From: Clostridia bacterium
GTDB taxonomy: Bacteria > Bacillota > Clostridia > UBA1381 > UMGS1253
Assembly (NCBI GenBank): GCA_045546315.1
Contig: JAZQCN010000036.1
Location: 108,329 to 172,328, forward strand
Direction of reading: 5' to 3'
DNA: 64,000 nucleotides
The notes under the pieces were generated by a model that did no database searches, was not told the origin of the DNA, and was given only the letters and a program-made list of their open reading frames with translations. The translations under genes were made by a program, and so were the position numbers. Below, in pieces: positions 18,677 to 28,179 of the stretch; within the stretch, counting starts at the first letter, position 1; the number at the start of each line of letters is the position of its first letter.

Positions 18677-19978
18677 TTACATTAAATATTCTACTAAGGT
18701 TTCCATCGGCATCAAAAGCTCCACCGGATTCTTCTCCATCACATCCTGCGCCCATATACCGATTGCAATGGCTTTACATAACGCATACTGCTCTTCCCCC
18801 ATCGCCGGCAAAGGCATGCGCTTGATGATATGATAGCCAAATATACTCTGCACAGGTGCGCTGATTTCGCCCACCTGCAAAGCAATCACGCCGTTATAAA
18901 ACTCATCGACCATTTCTTCGGCAGTAAATACATAGCCATCCGGATTTGCTTGCATACCGCCGTCTTGCGAATACTGCTGCATCAACGCATCAAAATCTGC
19001 GCCGTCTGCGAGCTGTGCACACAAATCCTTTGCAAGTGCTTGAGCTGCAAGCTTTTCCTCGTCCGAAAGCGCTGCGCCACTTTGCAAGTCCACCGTCGGA
19101 ATCAAAATATGCTTTGCACACAGATAGTATTCTTCGTAAATCTTTTGCAGCGCTTCTGCGCCAATTATGGATTCTGCCTTCGAGGAAATATCTATTGAAG
19201 TCGCCATCATCTCCAAAAAGAAAGCATAAACACCGGGCAGCGCACCGTACACAACATCATACGGTTCAAACTTAGACACTTCATCCTGTATTGCTTTAAC
19301 TGCATCTGCCGAAAAACCGCCTTGCGCATAAATCAACGCATCATAAAGCGGTAAACACTGGCTATAAACGAATACGATTTCATCCACCAGCTGCTTTTCC
19401 AGAATTGCAATTTCCGCTTCCGTCGCACCGCTTTCCGGTGTCGGTATCCTGTTTTCGTGCATCAAATCATATAGCAGTTTTACTTCCTCCAGGGTTACAA
19501 CGCTATATTTGGAGCGCATAACCACCGGGCTGTCCGTAATATAAATCTGCTGTGTCGACGGCAAATACTTCACAGTATAGCCAAATGTTTCCGTAATAAA
19601 GCGCAGCGGCACAAGCGTTCTGCCGTTTTGCTCTATTGCAGCAACATCCAGCGTAACACTTTCACCGTTTACGGTTGCAAGGTTACTGCCGATTGTAAGC
19701 GCAATGTTAACCGCTTCCGTCGAAATCGTTGCTGTCTGCGTTGTATCGTCCCAGCCGACCTGCGCGCCGAAATTCTCTGCAATCACACGCACCGGCACAA
19801 GCGTTCTGCCGTTTACGGTAAACGGTGCTGTTTCTATTTCCTGCCGTTTTATAACATGTCCATCATCCGGATTAAAAGAAGATACCGTATTCTTTCCTAC
19901 TTGCATTTCGACGCTCATCGCACTCGCCGTTACGCTAAGCATGCAAAAGCACAAAACCAATGCAAGAATTTTTCTCAT
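18677..19978 (-). CDS. secreted parvulin-type peptidyl-prolyl isomerase with tandem copper-amine-oxidase-N-like (stalk) domains
   Basis: 433 aa. Signal peptide MRKILALVLCFCMLSVTASA. VNGRTLVPVRVIAENFGAQVGWDD and QNGRTLVPLRFITETFGYTVKY (Cu_amine_oxidN1-like). C-terminal PpiC motif SIFGYHIIKR. Confidence 0.7.
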   Translation of the reverse strand: MRKILALVLCFCMLSVTASAMSVEMQVGKNTVSSFNPDDGHVIKRQEIETAPFTVNGRTLVPVRVIAENFGAQVGWDDTTQTATISTEAVNIALTIGSNLATVNGESVTLDVAAIEQNGRTLVPLRFITETFGYTVKYLPSTQQIYITDSPVVMRSKYSVVTLEEVKLLYDLMHENRIPTPESGATEAEIAILEKQLVDEIVFVYSQCLPLYDALIYAQGGFSADAVKAIQDEVSKFEPYDVVYGALPGVYAFFLEMMATSIDISSKAESIIGAEALQKIYEEYYLCAKHILIPTVDLQSGAALSDEEKLAAQALAKDLCAQLADGADFDALMQQYSQDGGMQANPDGYVFTAEEMVDEFYNGVIALQVGEISAPVQSIFGYHIIKRMPLPAMGEEQYALCKAIAIGIWAQDVMEKNPVELLMPMETLVEYLM

Positions 19979-19992
19979 AGGTAGTTCACCTC

Positions 19993-20508
19993 TTAAAAGA
20001 ATTTTCCGATTTCATCCAAAACATAAGACTGCTCAATCATGAAATCGCGCACATCCTTGTTTTTTAAAAGCACACCAAAAATCAGCTTCACACGGCGCAC
20101 AAACTCCGGTTCAAAATCCGTCATCCTGAAGGTTTGCGCCAGAGGACACATCGATTTTGCGCGCGGATCAATGATAATTTCCGGCTTTCCGCCCTCCTTT
20201 AAATAAGGAATCAGCGGAAAAATGCGACACGACAGCGGTCGCAGCTTGCGATCACATGTGCCGTCACAAAGCAATATCGGCGCTGCCTTATCTGCATCAC
20301 CGTATAAAAACGCCGAGGTTTCGATTTTCATCCAAGCCAAAGCCTTGCCTTTGTACATGCAGCTTTCACCCGGATACAGATACATCCCTGCTTCATCATC
20401 CTCACTAATGCAGCAAGCGCCGCTGCAGAGCTGACCGCAGTCCACCCTGAGCGGCGTTACATCGTCCAATAAGCGGTATATCCCTTCGTAGATATCGCTT
20501 GCTTTCAT
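19993..20508 (-). CDS. cysteine-cluster protein (YkgJ/UPF0153-like)
   Basis: ORF 19993-20520. ATG at 20506-20508 avoids overlap with the upstream gene. Contains CGQLCSGACC plus further Cys. Confidence 0.4.
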   Translation of the reverse strand: MKASDIYEGIYRLLDDVTPLRVDCGQLCSGACCISEDDEAGMYLYPGESCMYKGKALAWMKIETSAFLYGDADKAAPILLCDGTCDRKLRPLSCRIFPLIPYLKEGGKPEIIIDPRAKSMCPLAQTFRMTDFEPEFVRRVKLIFGVLLKNKDVRDFMIEQSYVLDEIGKFF

Positions 20509-20512
20509 GCAA

Positions 20513-21454
20513 TCAACCAACCTTTGTAACTATAATTTCATCAACCTTGGCTGTCAAAGCCGCAAAGTCCAATATTTCGGAAGCATGGCTCGTAACAACG
20601 GCCTGCGAAAATGCAGCTGCATAGCGCAGGGTATCCTCCATAGCACAGCCCTTCGTCTGCCCATAGATAAAGCCACTCAAAAACGCATCGCCTGCGCCGA
20701 CCGTATTATAAACCGGCACATTCGGCACCTGCACCAGATACACGCTGCCGCCGCAAATTGCGATTGCACCGTCCGGCCCGCAGGAAACCAAAACATTGTC
20801 TACCCCACGCTCGTGAATGCGCTTTGCACATTCAATGATTTCATATCGATTTACCAGATGCACATCAAAGCTGTCCGAAAGCTCTTTTACATTCGGCTTA
20901 ATCACATCCGGCTTTGCCTCCAGCGCCTCCAAAAGCGCTTTGCCGCTGCAATCCACAGCAACCTTCGCGCCGTTTTCGTGAATCACCTGCGTGAGCGTTT
21001 TGTAAATATCCGTCGGCATTTTATCCGACACGCGCCCGCTGAGCGCGATGTAGGCGCAATCCTTTGCCAGCTGTGCTGCCTTTTCGTGCAGCGCTGCAAG
21101 CTGCGCCTCTGTCGGGGTGCCTGCCTCCAGATTAATATCTGTATAAGTACTGTTTTTCAAATCCACAACCTTGATGTTGTTGCGAATCGGATAGTCCACC
21201 GGCAAAAAATCCGAGCGCACGCCGAACTTGTTGAGCTGGCTGATAAACACCGCGCGGTCCGGTCCGCCGATAAAGCCGAAGCACACCGACTCCAAGCCGC
21301 TCGCCGCTAAAAATTTTGCAACATTTACGCCCTTTGAACCGGGAATCGCCGCCGAATCCCGTGCACGATTGACCTCGTTTAAGCAAAAATCATCAACATA
21401 GATTGTTCTGTCCATTGCCGGACTTAACGAAAGACCTGCAACTATTGTACGCAT
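20513..21454 (-). CDS. PfkB-family sugar-phosphate kinase (1-phosphofructokinase/tagatose-6-phosphate kinase type)
   Basis: ORF 20513-21475. ATG at 21452-21454 (MRTIVAGLSLSPAMDRTIYV) follows GGAAGGTGA. Contains GKGVNVAKFL and C-terminal NTVGAGDAF motifs. Confidence 0.75.
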   Translation of the reverse strand: MRTIVAGLSLSPAMDRTIYVDDFCLNEVNRARDSAAIPGSKGVNVAKFLAASGLESVCFGFIGGPDRAVFISQLNKFGVRSDFLPVDYPIRNNIKVVDLKNSTYTDINLEAGTPTEAQLAALHEKAAQLAKDCAYIALSGRVSDKMPTDIYKTLTQVIHENGAKVAVDCSGKALLEALEAKPDVIKPNVKELSDSFDVHLVNRYEIIECAKRIHERGVDNVLVSCGPDGAIAICGGSVYLVQVPNVPVYNTVGAGDAFLSGFIYGQTKGCAMEDTLRYAAAFSQAVVTSHASEILDFAALTAKVDEIIVTKVG

Positions 21455-21477
21455 ACTGTCACCTTCCCCTGGCAAAC

Positions 21478-22713
21478 TTACGCTTCATATAACGGATGCT
21501 TCTTGCAAAGCGCTGCTACGCGCGCTTTGATTTCATCTGCACTTGCGCCGTCTGTTACGGCAAGCTTAATGAGCGCCGCAACTTCCTTCATATCTTCCTC
21601 TACAAAGCCGCGGGAGGTTACCGCCGGTGTGCCGATACGGATACCGCTGGTTACAAACGGACTCTGTGTATCAAACGGGATTGCATTCTTATTTACGGTA
21701 ATACCGATTTCATCAAGCTTATGCTCTGCATCCTTACCGGTGATGTTCATCGGTGTCAAGTCAACGAGCATCAAGTGGTTGTCTGTACCGCCGCTTACAA
21801 GCTTAAAGCCTTCTGCTACGAGTGCATCCGCCAGCGCAGCCGCATTTTTTACAATCTGTGCCTGATAAGCTTTAAATTCATCGGAAAGGGCTTCCTTAAA
21901 GCATACTGCTTTCGATGCAATGACATGCATCAAAGGACCGCCCTGGATTCCCGGGAACAATGCCTTGTTAATCTTTGCTGCATGCTCTTCTTTACAGAGA
22001 ATCAAGCCGCCGCGCGGACCGCGAAGTGTCTTATGTGTTGTCGTGGTTACGAAATCCGCATGCGGTACCGGATTCGGATGCAAGCCTGCTGCAACCAAGC
22101 CGGCAATATGCGCCATATCTACCATAAAGTATGCACCGACTTCCTTTGCAATTTCTGCAAAGCGCGCAAAATCAATCGTTCTCGGATATGCAGAAGCACC
22201 TGCCAAAATCAGCTTCGGCTTGCACTCAAGCGCGAGACGGCGAACCTCATCGTAATCAATTACGTTTTCGCCTTCGTTTACGCCATACGGCACGATGTTA
22301 AAGTATTTACCGGAAATATTCACCGGGCTGCCGTGGCTTAAGTGACCGCCATGTGCAAGACTCATACTCAAAACGGTGTCGCCTGGCTCCAGAACGGAGA
22401 AGAACACCGTCAGGTTTGCCTGTGCACCGGAGTGCGGCTGTACATTGGCGTGGTCTGCGCCAAACACCTGCTTTGCGCGTTCAATTGCCAAGTTTTCCAC
22501 AACGTCTACATATTCGCAGCCACCGTAGTAGCGCTTACCCGGATAGCCCTCTGCATATTTATTGGTCAGCGGTGTACCCATCGCTTCCATAACAGCTTCG
22601 CTTACAAAGTTTTCCGAAGCAATCAATTCAATCTTGTTCTGCTGACGGGAAAGCTCCTGCATAATCGCAGCATGCACTTCCGGGTCTGCGTGTTTTACCT
22701 TATTAAACTCCAT
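21478..22713 (-). CDS. glyA: serine hydroxymethyltransferase
   Basis: 411 aa. PLP-lysine motif [14 protein letters not shown]. Confidence 0.95.
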   Translation of the reverse strand: MEFNKVKHADPEVHAAIMQELSRQQNKIELIASENFVSEAVMEAMGTPLTNKYAEGYPGKRYYGGCEYVDVVENLAIERAKQVFGADHANVQPHSGAQANLTVFFSVLEPGDTVLSMSLAHGGHLSHGSPVNISGKYFNIVPYGVNEGENVIDYDEVRRLALECKPKLILAGASAYPRTIDFARFAEIAKEVGAYFMVDMAHIAGLVAAGLHPNPVPHADFVTTTTHKTLRGPRGGLILCKEEHAAKINKALFPGIQGGPLMHVIASKAVCFKEALSDEFKAYQAQIVKNAAALADALVAEGFKLVSGGTDNHLMLVDLTPMNITGKDAEHKLDEIGITVNKNAIPFDTQSPFVTSGIRIGTPAVTSRGFVEEDMKEVAALIKLAVTDGASADEIKARVAALCKKHPLYEA

Positions 22714-22839
22714 TGTATAACACTCCTTAATATTTATAGATAGATATATTATACAGTATTCTTATAATTTAAGCAAGCCTTTTTGCATTTCTTTGCCATA
22801 TATTGTATTTGTACTGATTTTTTAACAAACACATCTCAC

Positions 22840-23946
22840 TCAGTCTACCTCTACATCTTTTGTAAAGAAATCAGCATAAGTTTTACTACCGCTCGGGAAT
22901 GGCGCATAATTCACCAGCGCCGGCACGTGTGAAACCTCAAAGCGGTCATTGTCCAATCTGACCAGCGTGCCGCCGAGCTGCCCCGGCAAATGAGAATCAT
23001 ACTGCCCTGTTTTCAGGCCGAATACCCAGCGGATATTTTTATATGTGATGCAGGTATTGATTCTGTGCACATGGCCGACAAATACGCCATCCACGTTACA
23101 CGCCTGCGCAAAGTCCATAAAACCGGGCACTTCGATAGAATGTACCACCTGCGGCATTTGCTTTGAACCGAAGTCGCCGTCCTTTGCCTCCACATCGACG
23201 CCAATCTGATAAAATCCATCGTCATCCGTCACATAGCCCTTTGCCTTCGCCGCTTCGGTAAATTCCATCGTCGGATGATGGCAGCATACAAACGCCGGCA
23301 CGCTTCTGCCCTGATTTTGACTAATGCGCACCGTATTTTTTCTGACCATTTCCAGCTGATCCGGATACAAACCGCTTGCACATTGCCCTTTGCAGCCGTG
23401 CGAGTCCAGCATATGCAACACACGGACAAGTTCGTCACCAACTGCCACGCCGACCGTATAGTTGCCGTTACCCGTCACATTGCCGCGGCAAAACAGACAA
23501 TTTTTTGCCTTTTCAAGCATCGAGCATTGCCAATCTATACCCATATAAGATTCGTTGTCGTGATTACCGAACACCGGCGCCCACGGAATCCCAAGAGAAC
23601 CCATAAAATCGCAAAACAGTTCAAAACTGGTACCTGCATCGTCGAACGAACCGTAGATCAAGTCACCCGTGATAAAAATCAGATCCGGTCTTGTCTGCGC
23701 AACCAAAGAACGAATATGCGTAAACACATTCTGCTCAATCATTTCCGGTTGCCATGCAAGAATCTGATCCAGCGGTATTCTGTCCGGCGTACGGCGCTGC
23801 AGCGCATCAATCACCTGCATATCCGTAAGCTGCAATAATCGGATAGTTGTGTTCTTTCTCTCCTCCGGCAAACGCACTACCACATCGCAACCGTCAAAAC
23901 CGTCCGGGTTATGCAGAATTTCCGTCAATTCAATCGCATTGCTCAT
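22840..23946 (-). CDS. calcineurin-like metallophosphoesterase
   Basis: 368 aa. Motifs ITGDLIYG, FGNHDNESY, GHVHRIN. Confidence 0.7.
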   Translation of the reverse strand: MSNAIELTEILHNPDGFDGCDVVVRLPEERKNTTIRLLQLTDMQVIDALQRRTPDRIPLDQILAWQPEMIEQNVFTHIRSLVAQTRPDLIFITGDLIYGSFDDAGTSFELFCDFMGSLGIPWAPVFGNHDNESYMGIDWQCSMLEKAKNCLFCRGNVTGNGNYTVGVAVGDELVRVLHMLDSHGCKGQCASGLYPDQLEMVRKNTVRISQNQGRSVPAFVCCHHPTMEFTEAAKAKGYVTDDDGFYQIGVDVEAKDGDFGSKQMPQVVHSIEVPGFMDFAQACNVDGVFVGHVHRINTCITYKNIRWVFGLKTGQYDSHLPGQLGGTLVRLDNDRFEVSHVPALVNYAPFPSGSKTYADFFTKDVEVD

Positions 23947-23947
23947 C

Positions 23948-25087
23948 TTAAAACATCTCCCCTCTTAAAATCGTTTCTTGCACATGAAACCATTCATCGA
24001 CAATAATCAGATTTGCAACATTCCCCTTGCGGATTTCGCCGAGGTCAGGCAGATTTAAAAGTCTTGCCGGATTTAAGGACGCATAGCGGAATACATCGCA
24101 AATCGAGCCACCGGTATGTACCATCATATTATGGCAAGCAATATCAAGCGTCAGCTTCGAGCCGGCAATATCACCGCCCCAGTCAAAATTGATATCAAAT
24201 GCATCCTCTAAACCCGCAATCGGCGGACCGTCTGCCACAAAGGCATCCGCAATTAAGATAATCTTATCCTTCCCCTTAATCTTTTTGATCAGGCGCAGCA
24301 TATACGGATGCACATGCACGCCCTTCGAATCACAAATGAGTTCTGCATAAATACCGTCGTTATAGTTAACGGTTTCATCCACACATACGCCGCGCACCTC
24401 GGGATAGTTTTCCAACGTGCCGGTTGCATTGGTGTGATGTGTGCCGAGCTTTAAGCCGTATGGCATCAACACTTCAATCTGCTCAGGGGTTGCCTCGGAA
24501 TGTGCCACAGAAAAGACGATACCCGGGATTTCTTTTTTTACATACTGCACAAACTCCAAAATCCCCTCGCGCTCCGGCGCAACGCACCAGACCTTCGCAA
24601 AATCCTTTGCCGCCTCGACCACTTCGGCGTAGTCTGCTTCACGAATTGCATCCTTCCACACGTTCTTTTCCTTATCACAGCCAAAATCCGGATTTAAGTA
24701 CGGTCCTTCCATATAAACGCCGAGAATGTTTTTACACGTTCCATCCGCAATGCCTTTTTTAAACTTTGCAATCGCATCCAGATGCTCCTGCTTGTTCATA
24801 CTGTAAAACAACGCAGGCAACACAGAGGTCACACCGTGCTTTAAAAGCGTAGCACAGCATTTTGCCGGATCCTCGTGAAAATAAGTTTCTCCGTCGGCGT
24901 GTGTATGTATGTCAATCAGTCCCGGACCGACAAACTTCCCCTTCGCATCGATAATTTCGCACTCCTCCGGCACAGCTACGGCTTTCGCCGCACCAAAATC
25001 AACAATTCTGCCATTCTCCATCAAAAGCACGCCGTCCGGGATATAATGGTCCTTCATTACAAGTACTGCGTTAATAATTGCCGTCAT
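23948..25087 (-). CDS. amidohydrolase-superfamily protein (NagA-like deacetylase fold)
   Basis: 379 aa. Metal-binding GLIDIHTHADG. 1-nt gap to the downstream phosphoesterase gene, suggesting an operon. Confidence 0.55.
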   Translation of the reverse strand: MTAIINAVLVMKDHYIPDGVLLMENGRIVDFGAAKAVAVPEECEIIDAKGKFVGPGLIDIHTHADGETYFHEDPAKCCATLLKHGVTSVLPALFYSMNKQEHLDAIAKFKKGIADGTCKNILGVYMEGPYLNPDFGCDKEKNVWKDAIREADYAEVVEAAKDFAKVWCVAPEREGILEFVQYVKKEIPGIVFSVAHSEATPEQIEVLMPYGLKLGTHHTNATGTLENYPEVRGVCVDETVNYNDGIYAELICDSKGVHVHPYMLRLIKKIKGKDKIILIADAFVADGPPIAGLEDAFDINFDWGGDIAGSKLTLDIACHNMMVHTGGSICDVFRYASLNPARLLNLPDLGEIRKGNVANLIIVDEWFHVQETILRGEMF

Positions 25088-25296
25088 ATATTTGGCACCT
25101 CATTTTCTCTAATTCTACCTGTGCTTCAATTATATAATACTACCGCATTTCTGTCAATTTCCCACGCTACAATTCTTCCTATGTTTTTATTGCTTTCCGC
25201 AAATGACTGTGATAAAATCATTACAGTACATTCTGTAATTCTGTGAAGGTGTTTATTTTTCTGACAGCACTTTGCATCTTCAGAAAGGAATCTGCT

Positions 25297-25836
25297 ATGC
25301 AAAACCGCAACAAATCTTTAAAAATCGTTCTCTCCGCTTTCTTTTTGGCGCTTTCATATGTTCTGCCGTTTTTGACGGGGCAAATCCCGGAAATCGGCGC
25401 GATGCTGTGCCCGCTGCACATTCCGGCGCTTCTGTGCGGCTTTATCTGCGGCTGGCCATACGGCTTGGCGGTCGGCTTTATTGCACCGCTTTTCCGCTCG
25501 ATGGCACTCGGCATGCCGCCAATGTTTCCAACGGCAATTTGTATGGCATTTGAGCTTGCGGCATACGGCGCGGTCGGCGGCTTATTCCACAGATTACTGC
25601 CGCGCAAAAAGGCATATATCTACTGCTCACTCGTGTGCGCAATGCTTGCAGGCAGAGTCGTTTGGGGCATAGCGATGGCAATCTGCCTCGGTTTTGGCGG
25701 CAGCGGCTTTACCTTTGCCGCATTTATCGCCGGCGCATTTACAGACGCAATCCCCGGCATTATTCTGCAGCTTATTATCGTTCCCGTACTGGTGATGGTG
25801 CTGGAAAACCCCAAAATATCAGTTTTAAAGGATTAG
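25297..25836 (+). CDS. ECF-transporter S-component-like membrane protein
   Basis: ORF 25243-25836. ATG 25297 (MQNRNKSLKIVLSAFFLALSYVLPFLTGQIPE) is preferred, after AAAGGA. About 180 aa with about 6 TM segments. Confidence 0.5.
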   Translation: MQNRNKSLKIVLSAFFLALSYVLPFLTGQIPEIGAMLCPLHIPALLCGFICGWPYGLAVGFIAPLFRSMALGMPPMFPTAICMAFELAAYGAVGGLFHRLLPRKKAYIYCSLVCAMLAGRVVWGIAMAICLGFGGSGFTFAAFIAGAFTDAIPGIILQLIIVPVLVMVLENPKISVLKD

Positions 25837-25840
25837 CGCT

Positions 25841-26908
25841 ATGAGTCCAAACGAAAAAACCTGCAATTTACTTCTTAAACACTACGAAAGCTATCCGCAT
25901 CTGCAAATGCAGGATATATTCAAATTCATTCACCAAAGTGCATTCGGCTGTGAGCATATGGTATCCTCTTTAGAGGCGGTAACGGACTATATCCGCACAG
26001 AATATGAAACTGCTGATTTATCCAGCGCACCGCTCATTGTACCGCTCGACGGCGCATACAGCCGCGTGTATCTCACCTATTTAGACAATGGCTTAAGCGC
26101 ACAAACGCTTGGCAAGCTTTTCTACCTGTCTGCTAAGGCGGAAACAAACGACAAAGCAGATGCAGAAAGCAAGCTTTCCGTTGCAGCAGAGCTTGTGCGC
26201 CGGGGCAAGCTTCCGTTTTCTGCCGAAGCCTTCGAAAATGCGGCAGCAAAGTGGAAGGCAGACGGCTACCCTGCCGTGCATCATTCCGACAGCTTCAGAA
26301 ATACATACAAACCGGCCTACCGCGTAATTGCAAACAAATTCGTTCCGTTTTTATCGCTTTTTGCAAAGCTCGATCAAATGCTTGCAAACGGCACGGTGAC
26401 GCTCGCAATAGAAGGCGGCAGTGCAAGCGGCAAATCCACGCTGAGTACACTTTTGGAAATGCTTTACGGCTGTACGGTACTGCATATGGATGATTTCTTT
26501 TTGCGCCCGGAGCAAAGAACGCCCGAGCGCTATAAGGAAGTCGGCGGCAATATTGATTATGAGCGGTTTTCAGAAGAAGTGCTCCTACCGCTCGGCAAGC
26601 GCGAGCCGATAAGCTACCGAAAATTCGATTGCTCTACACAAACGCTATCCGCACCGTGTACAGCTTTGCCTGAAAAGCTGACCATAATTGAAGGCGTGTA
26701 TTCTATGCATCCGAAATTTGAAAATTACTATAACTTATCTGTATTTTTAGACATTACGCCTGCCCTGCAAACCGCGCGCATTTCCAGGCGAAACACGCCG
26801 GCGCTGGCAGAGCGGTTTCACAACACCTGGATTCCGTTGGAAAACCGATATTTCGAAGAAACGCAAATCCAAGGGCGCTGCAGCATAACCGTTTCGGTGC
26901 AGGAATAA
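25841..26908 (+). CDS. two-domain protein: uncharacterized N-terminal domain plus uridine-kinase-like P-loop kinase
   Basis: 355 aa. Walker A IEGGSASGKSTLS in the C-terminal half. 4-nt gap to the S-component gene. Confidence 0.5.
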   Translation: MSPNEKTCNLLLKHYESYPHLQMQDIFKFIHQSAFGCEHMVSSLEAVTDYIRTEYETADLSSAPLIVPLDGAYSRVYLTYLDNGLSAQTLGKLFYLSAKAETNDKADAESKLSVAAELVRRGKLPFSAEAFENAAAKWKADGYPAVHHSDSFRNTYKPAYRVIANKFVPFLSLFAKLDQMLANGTVTLAIEGGSASGKSTLSTLLEMLYGCTVLHMDDFFLRPEQRTPERYKEVGGNIDYERFSEEVLLPLGKREPISYRKFDCSTQTLSAPCTALPEKLTIIEGVYSMHPKFENYYNLSVFLDITPALQTARISRRNTPALAERFHNTWIPLENRYFEETQIQGRCSITVSVQE

Positions 26909-26966
26909 ATTCCCCCCTGCTTTACATTGCCGTTTGCGCGTGATAGAATAATGATTGGTGATGAAA

Positions 26967-27596
26967 ATGACAAAAAAAGAACGCCTGCTGCTTATAGCGC
27001 AGGACTTGGAAAATGCATATCCGGATGCGGTATGCTCGTTAGATAACGCGACTGACCCGTGGAAGCTGCTCGTTTCTGCAATTCTTGCAACGCAGTGCAC
27101 GGACAAGCGCGTGAATATGGTAACACCGGCACTGTTTGACCGCTTCCCGACGATTGCAGACTTTGCAAAAGCGACCGCGGAGGAGGTTATGCCCTACATC
27201 CGCTCGACCGGCTTTTTTAACCACAAGGCGGCAAACATCGTCGGCTCGGCGAAAAGGATTATGGATAGTTTCGGCGGCGCAGTGCCGCGCACGATGGAAG
27301 AGCTCACCACGCTTCCCGGTGTCGGCAGAAAGATTGCAAATCTTTTAATCGGCGACTGCTTCGGCGGCGATGCGATTGTCGTCGACACGCACTGCAAGCG
27401 TTTAACCTACCGCATGGGGCTTACAAAGCAGACCGATCCGACCAAAATCGAAATGGAGCTTTGGAAAATCATGCCGCCCGGTATCGGCAGCGACTTTTGC
27501 CACCGCATTGTCTACCTCGGGCGCGAATACTGTGTGCGCAATCCAAAATGCGATATTTGTCCGGTAAATGCGCATTGTAAAAAGGTATTGAAATAA
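26967..27596 (+). CDS. nth: endonuclease III (DNA-(apurinic/apyrimidinic site) lyase)
   Basis: ORF 26955-27596; start is ambiguous (26961 or 26967). HhH-GPD motif LPGVGRKIANLL and a C-terminal four-Cys cluster CVRNPKCDICPVNAHC. Confidence 0.9.
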   Translation: MTKKERLLLIAQDLENAYPDAVCSLDNATDPWKLLVSAILATQCTDKRVNMVTPALFDRFPTIADFAKATAEEVMPYIRSTGFFNHKAANIVGSAKRIMDSFGGAVPRTMEELTTLPGVGRKIANLLIGDCFGGDAIVVDTHCKRLTYRMGLTKQTDPTKIEMELWKIMPPGIGSDFCHRIVYLGREYCVRNPKCDICPVNAHCKKVLK

Positions 27597-27635
27597 CTAT
27601 AAAACACAAAAAAGGCTCCCCTGTGTAAGGGGAGC
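27572..27635 (+). repeat. left direct repeat of the island (covers the last 7 nth codons, stop and terminator-type hairpin)
   Basis: GCATTGTAAAAAGGTATTGAAATAA ... AAAAAAGGCTCCCCTGTGTAAGGGGAGC. It matches 30456-30508 with a few mismatches and an 11-nt insertion. Confidence 0.8.
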
Positions 27636-27636
27636 T

Positions 27637-27718
27637 GTCATTTTGTAAAAATGACTGAGGGGGTTGTTACAACCCTCCCGTCGCGCTTCGCGCGCCACCC
27701 TCCCTTACACAGGGAGGG
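27637..27718. repeat. cluster of four consecutive short hairpins at the island's left junction
   Basis: GTCATTTtgtaaAAATGAC; GAGGGggTTGttacCAACCCTC-like; CGCGCttcGCGCG; CCCTCCCttacacaGGGAGGG. The loop of the last is the complement of the CTGTGTA loop in the flanking repeat hairpin. Confidence 0.6.
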
Positions 27719-27723
27719 CTTTT

Positions 27724-28035
27724 TTAGTTTTTCACCATATTTTTCAAAAGCTTTTCAACCAACTCTAATTGCTCATCATCCAGCTTCTTTAACAAATCTG
27801 TAATTCTGCTCAGCTTCTCCGGATTTTTATTCTCCAAGTCAAAAAACGCACTCGGTGTTATGCCGAGATAGTCACAGATATAAAGCAATACCGGCAAGGA
27901 CGGAAATCCTTGTCCAGTTTCAATATGGTTAATATAACCTGCATTTTGTCCAATAGACAAACTCATTTCGCGAGCAGAAACATTTTTTTGCTCACGCAAC
28001 TGATATAGTCGCATTCCAAAATCTATCTCGTACAT
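27724..28035 (-). CDS. XRE-family helix-turn-helix transcriptional regulator (possible controller protein)
   Basis: ORF 27724-28053. ATG at 28033-28035 is preferred (GAAGGA RBS). HTH LREQKNVSAREMSLSIGQNAGYINHIETGQ. Divergent from the MTase gene. Confidence 0.8.
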   Translation of the reverse strand: MYEIDFGMRLYQLREQKNVSAREMSLSIGQNAGYINHIETGQGFPSLPVLLYICDYLGITPSAFFDLENKNPEKLSRITDLLKKLDDEQLELVEKLLKNMVKN

Positions 28036-28107
28036 TTCCTTCACCACCCACATTATATTTTATGCCATACACTGACGCAAGATATGCTTTTTAATCAATT
28101 ATTTTTG

Positions 28108-28136
28108 TTGTAATATGCTTTTTTATATGATATAAT
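28108..28136 (+). promoter_or_regulatory. promoter candidate for the MTase-nuclease operon, overlapped by an 11-bp direct repeat
   Basis: TTGTAA (28108-28113), 17 nt, TGaTATAAT (28128-28136). ATATGCTTTTT occurs at 28082-28092 and again at 28113-28123, inside the spacer. Confidence 0.45.
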
Positions 28137-28179
28137 TTTTAAAATACAACTTTTTAAAGCATAAGGATGGTAATTCGCC

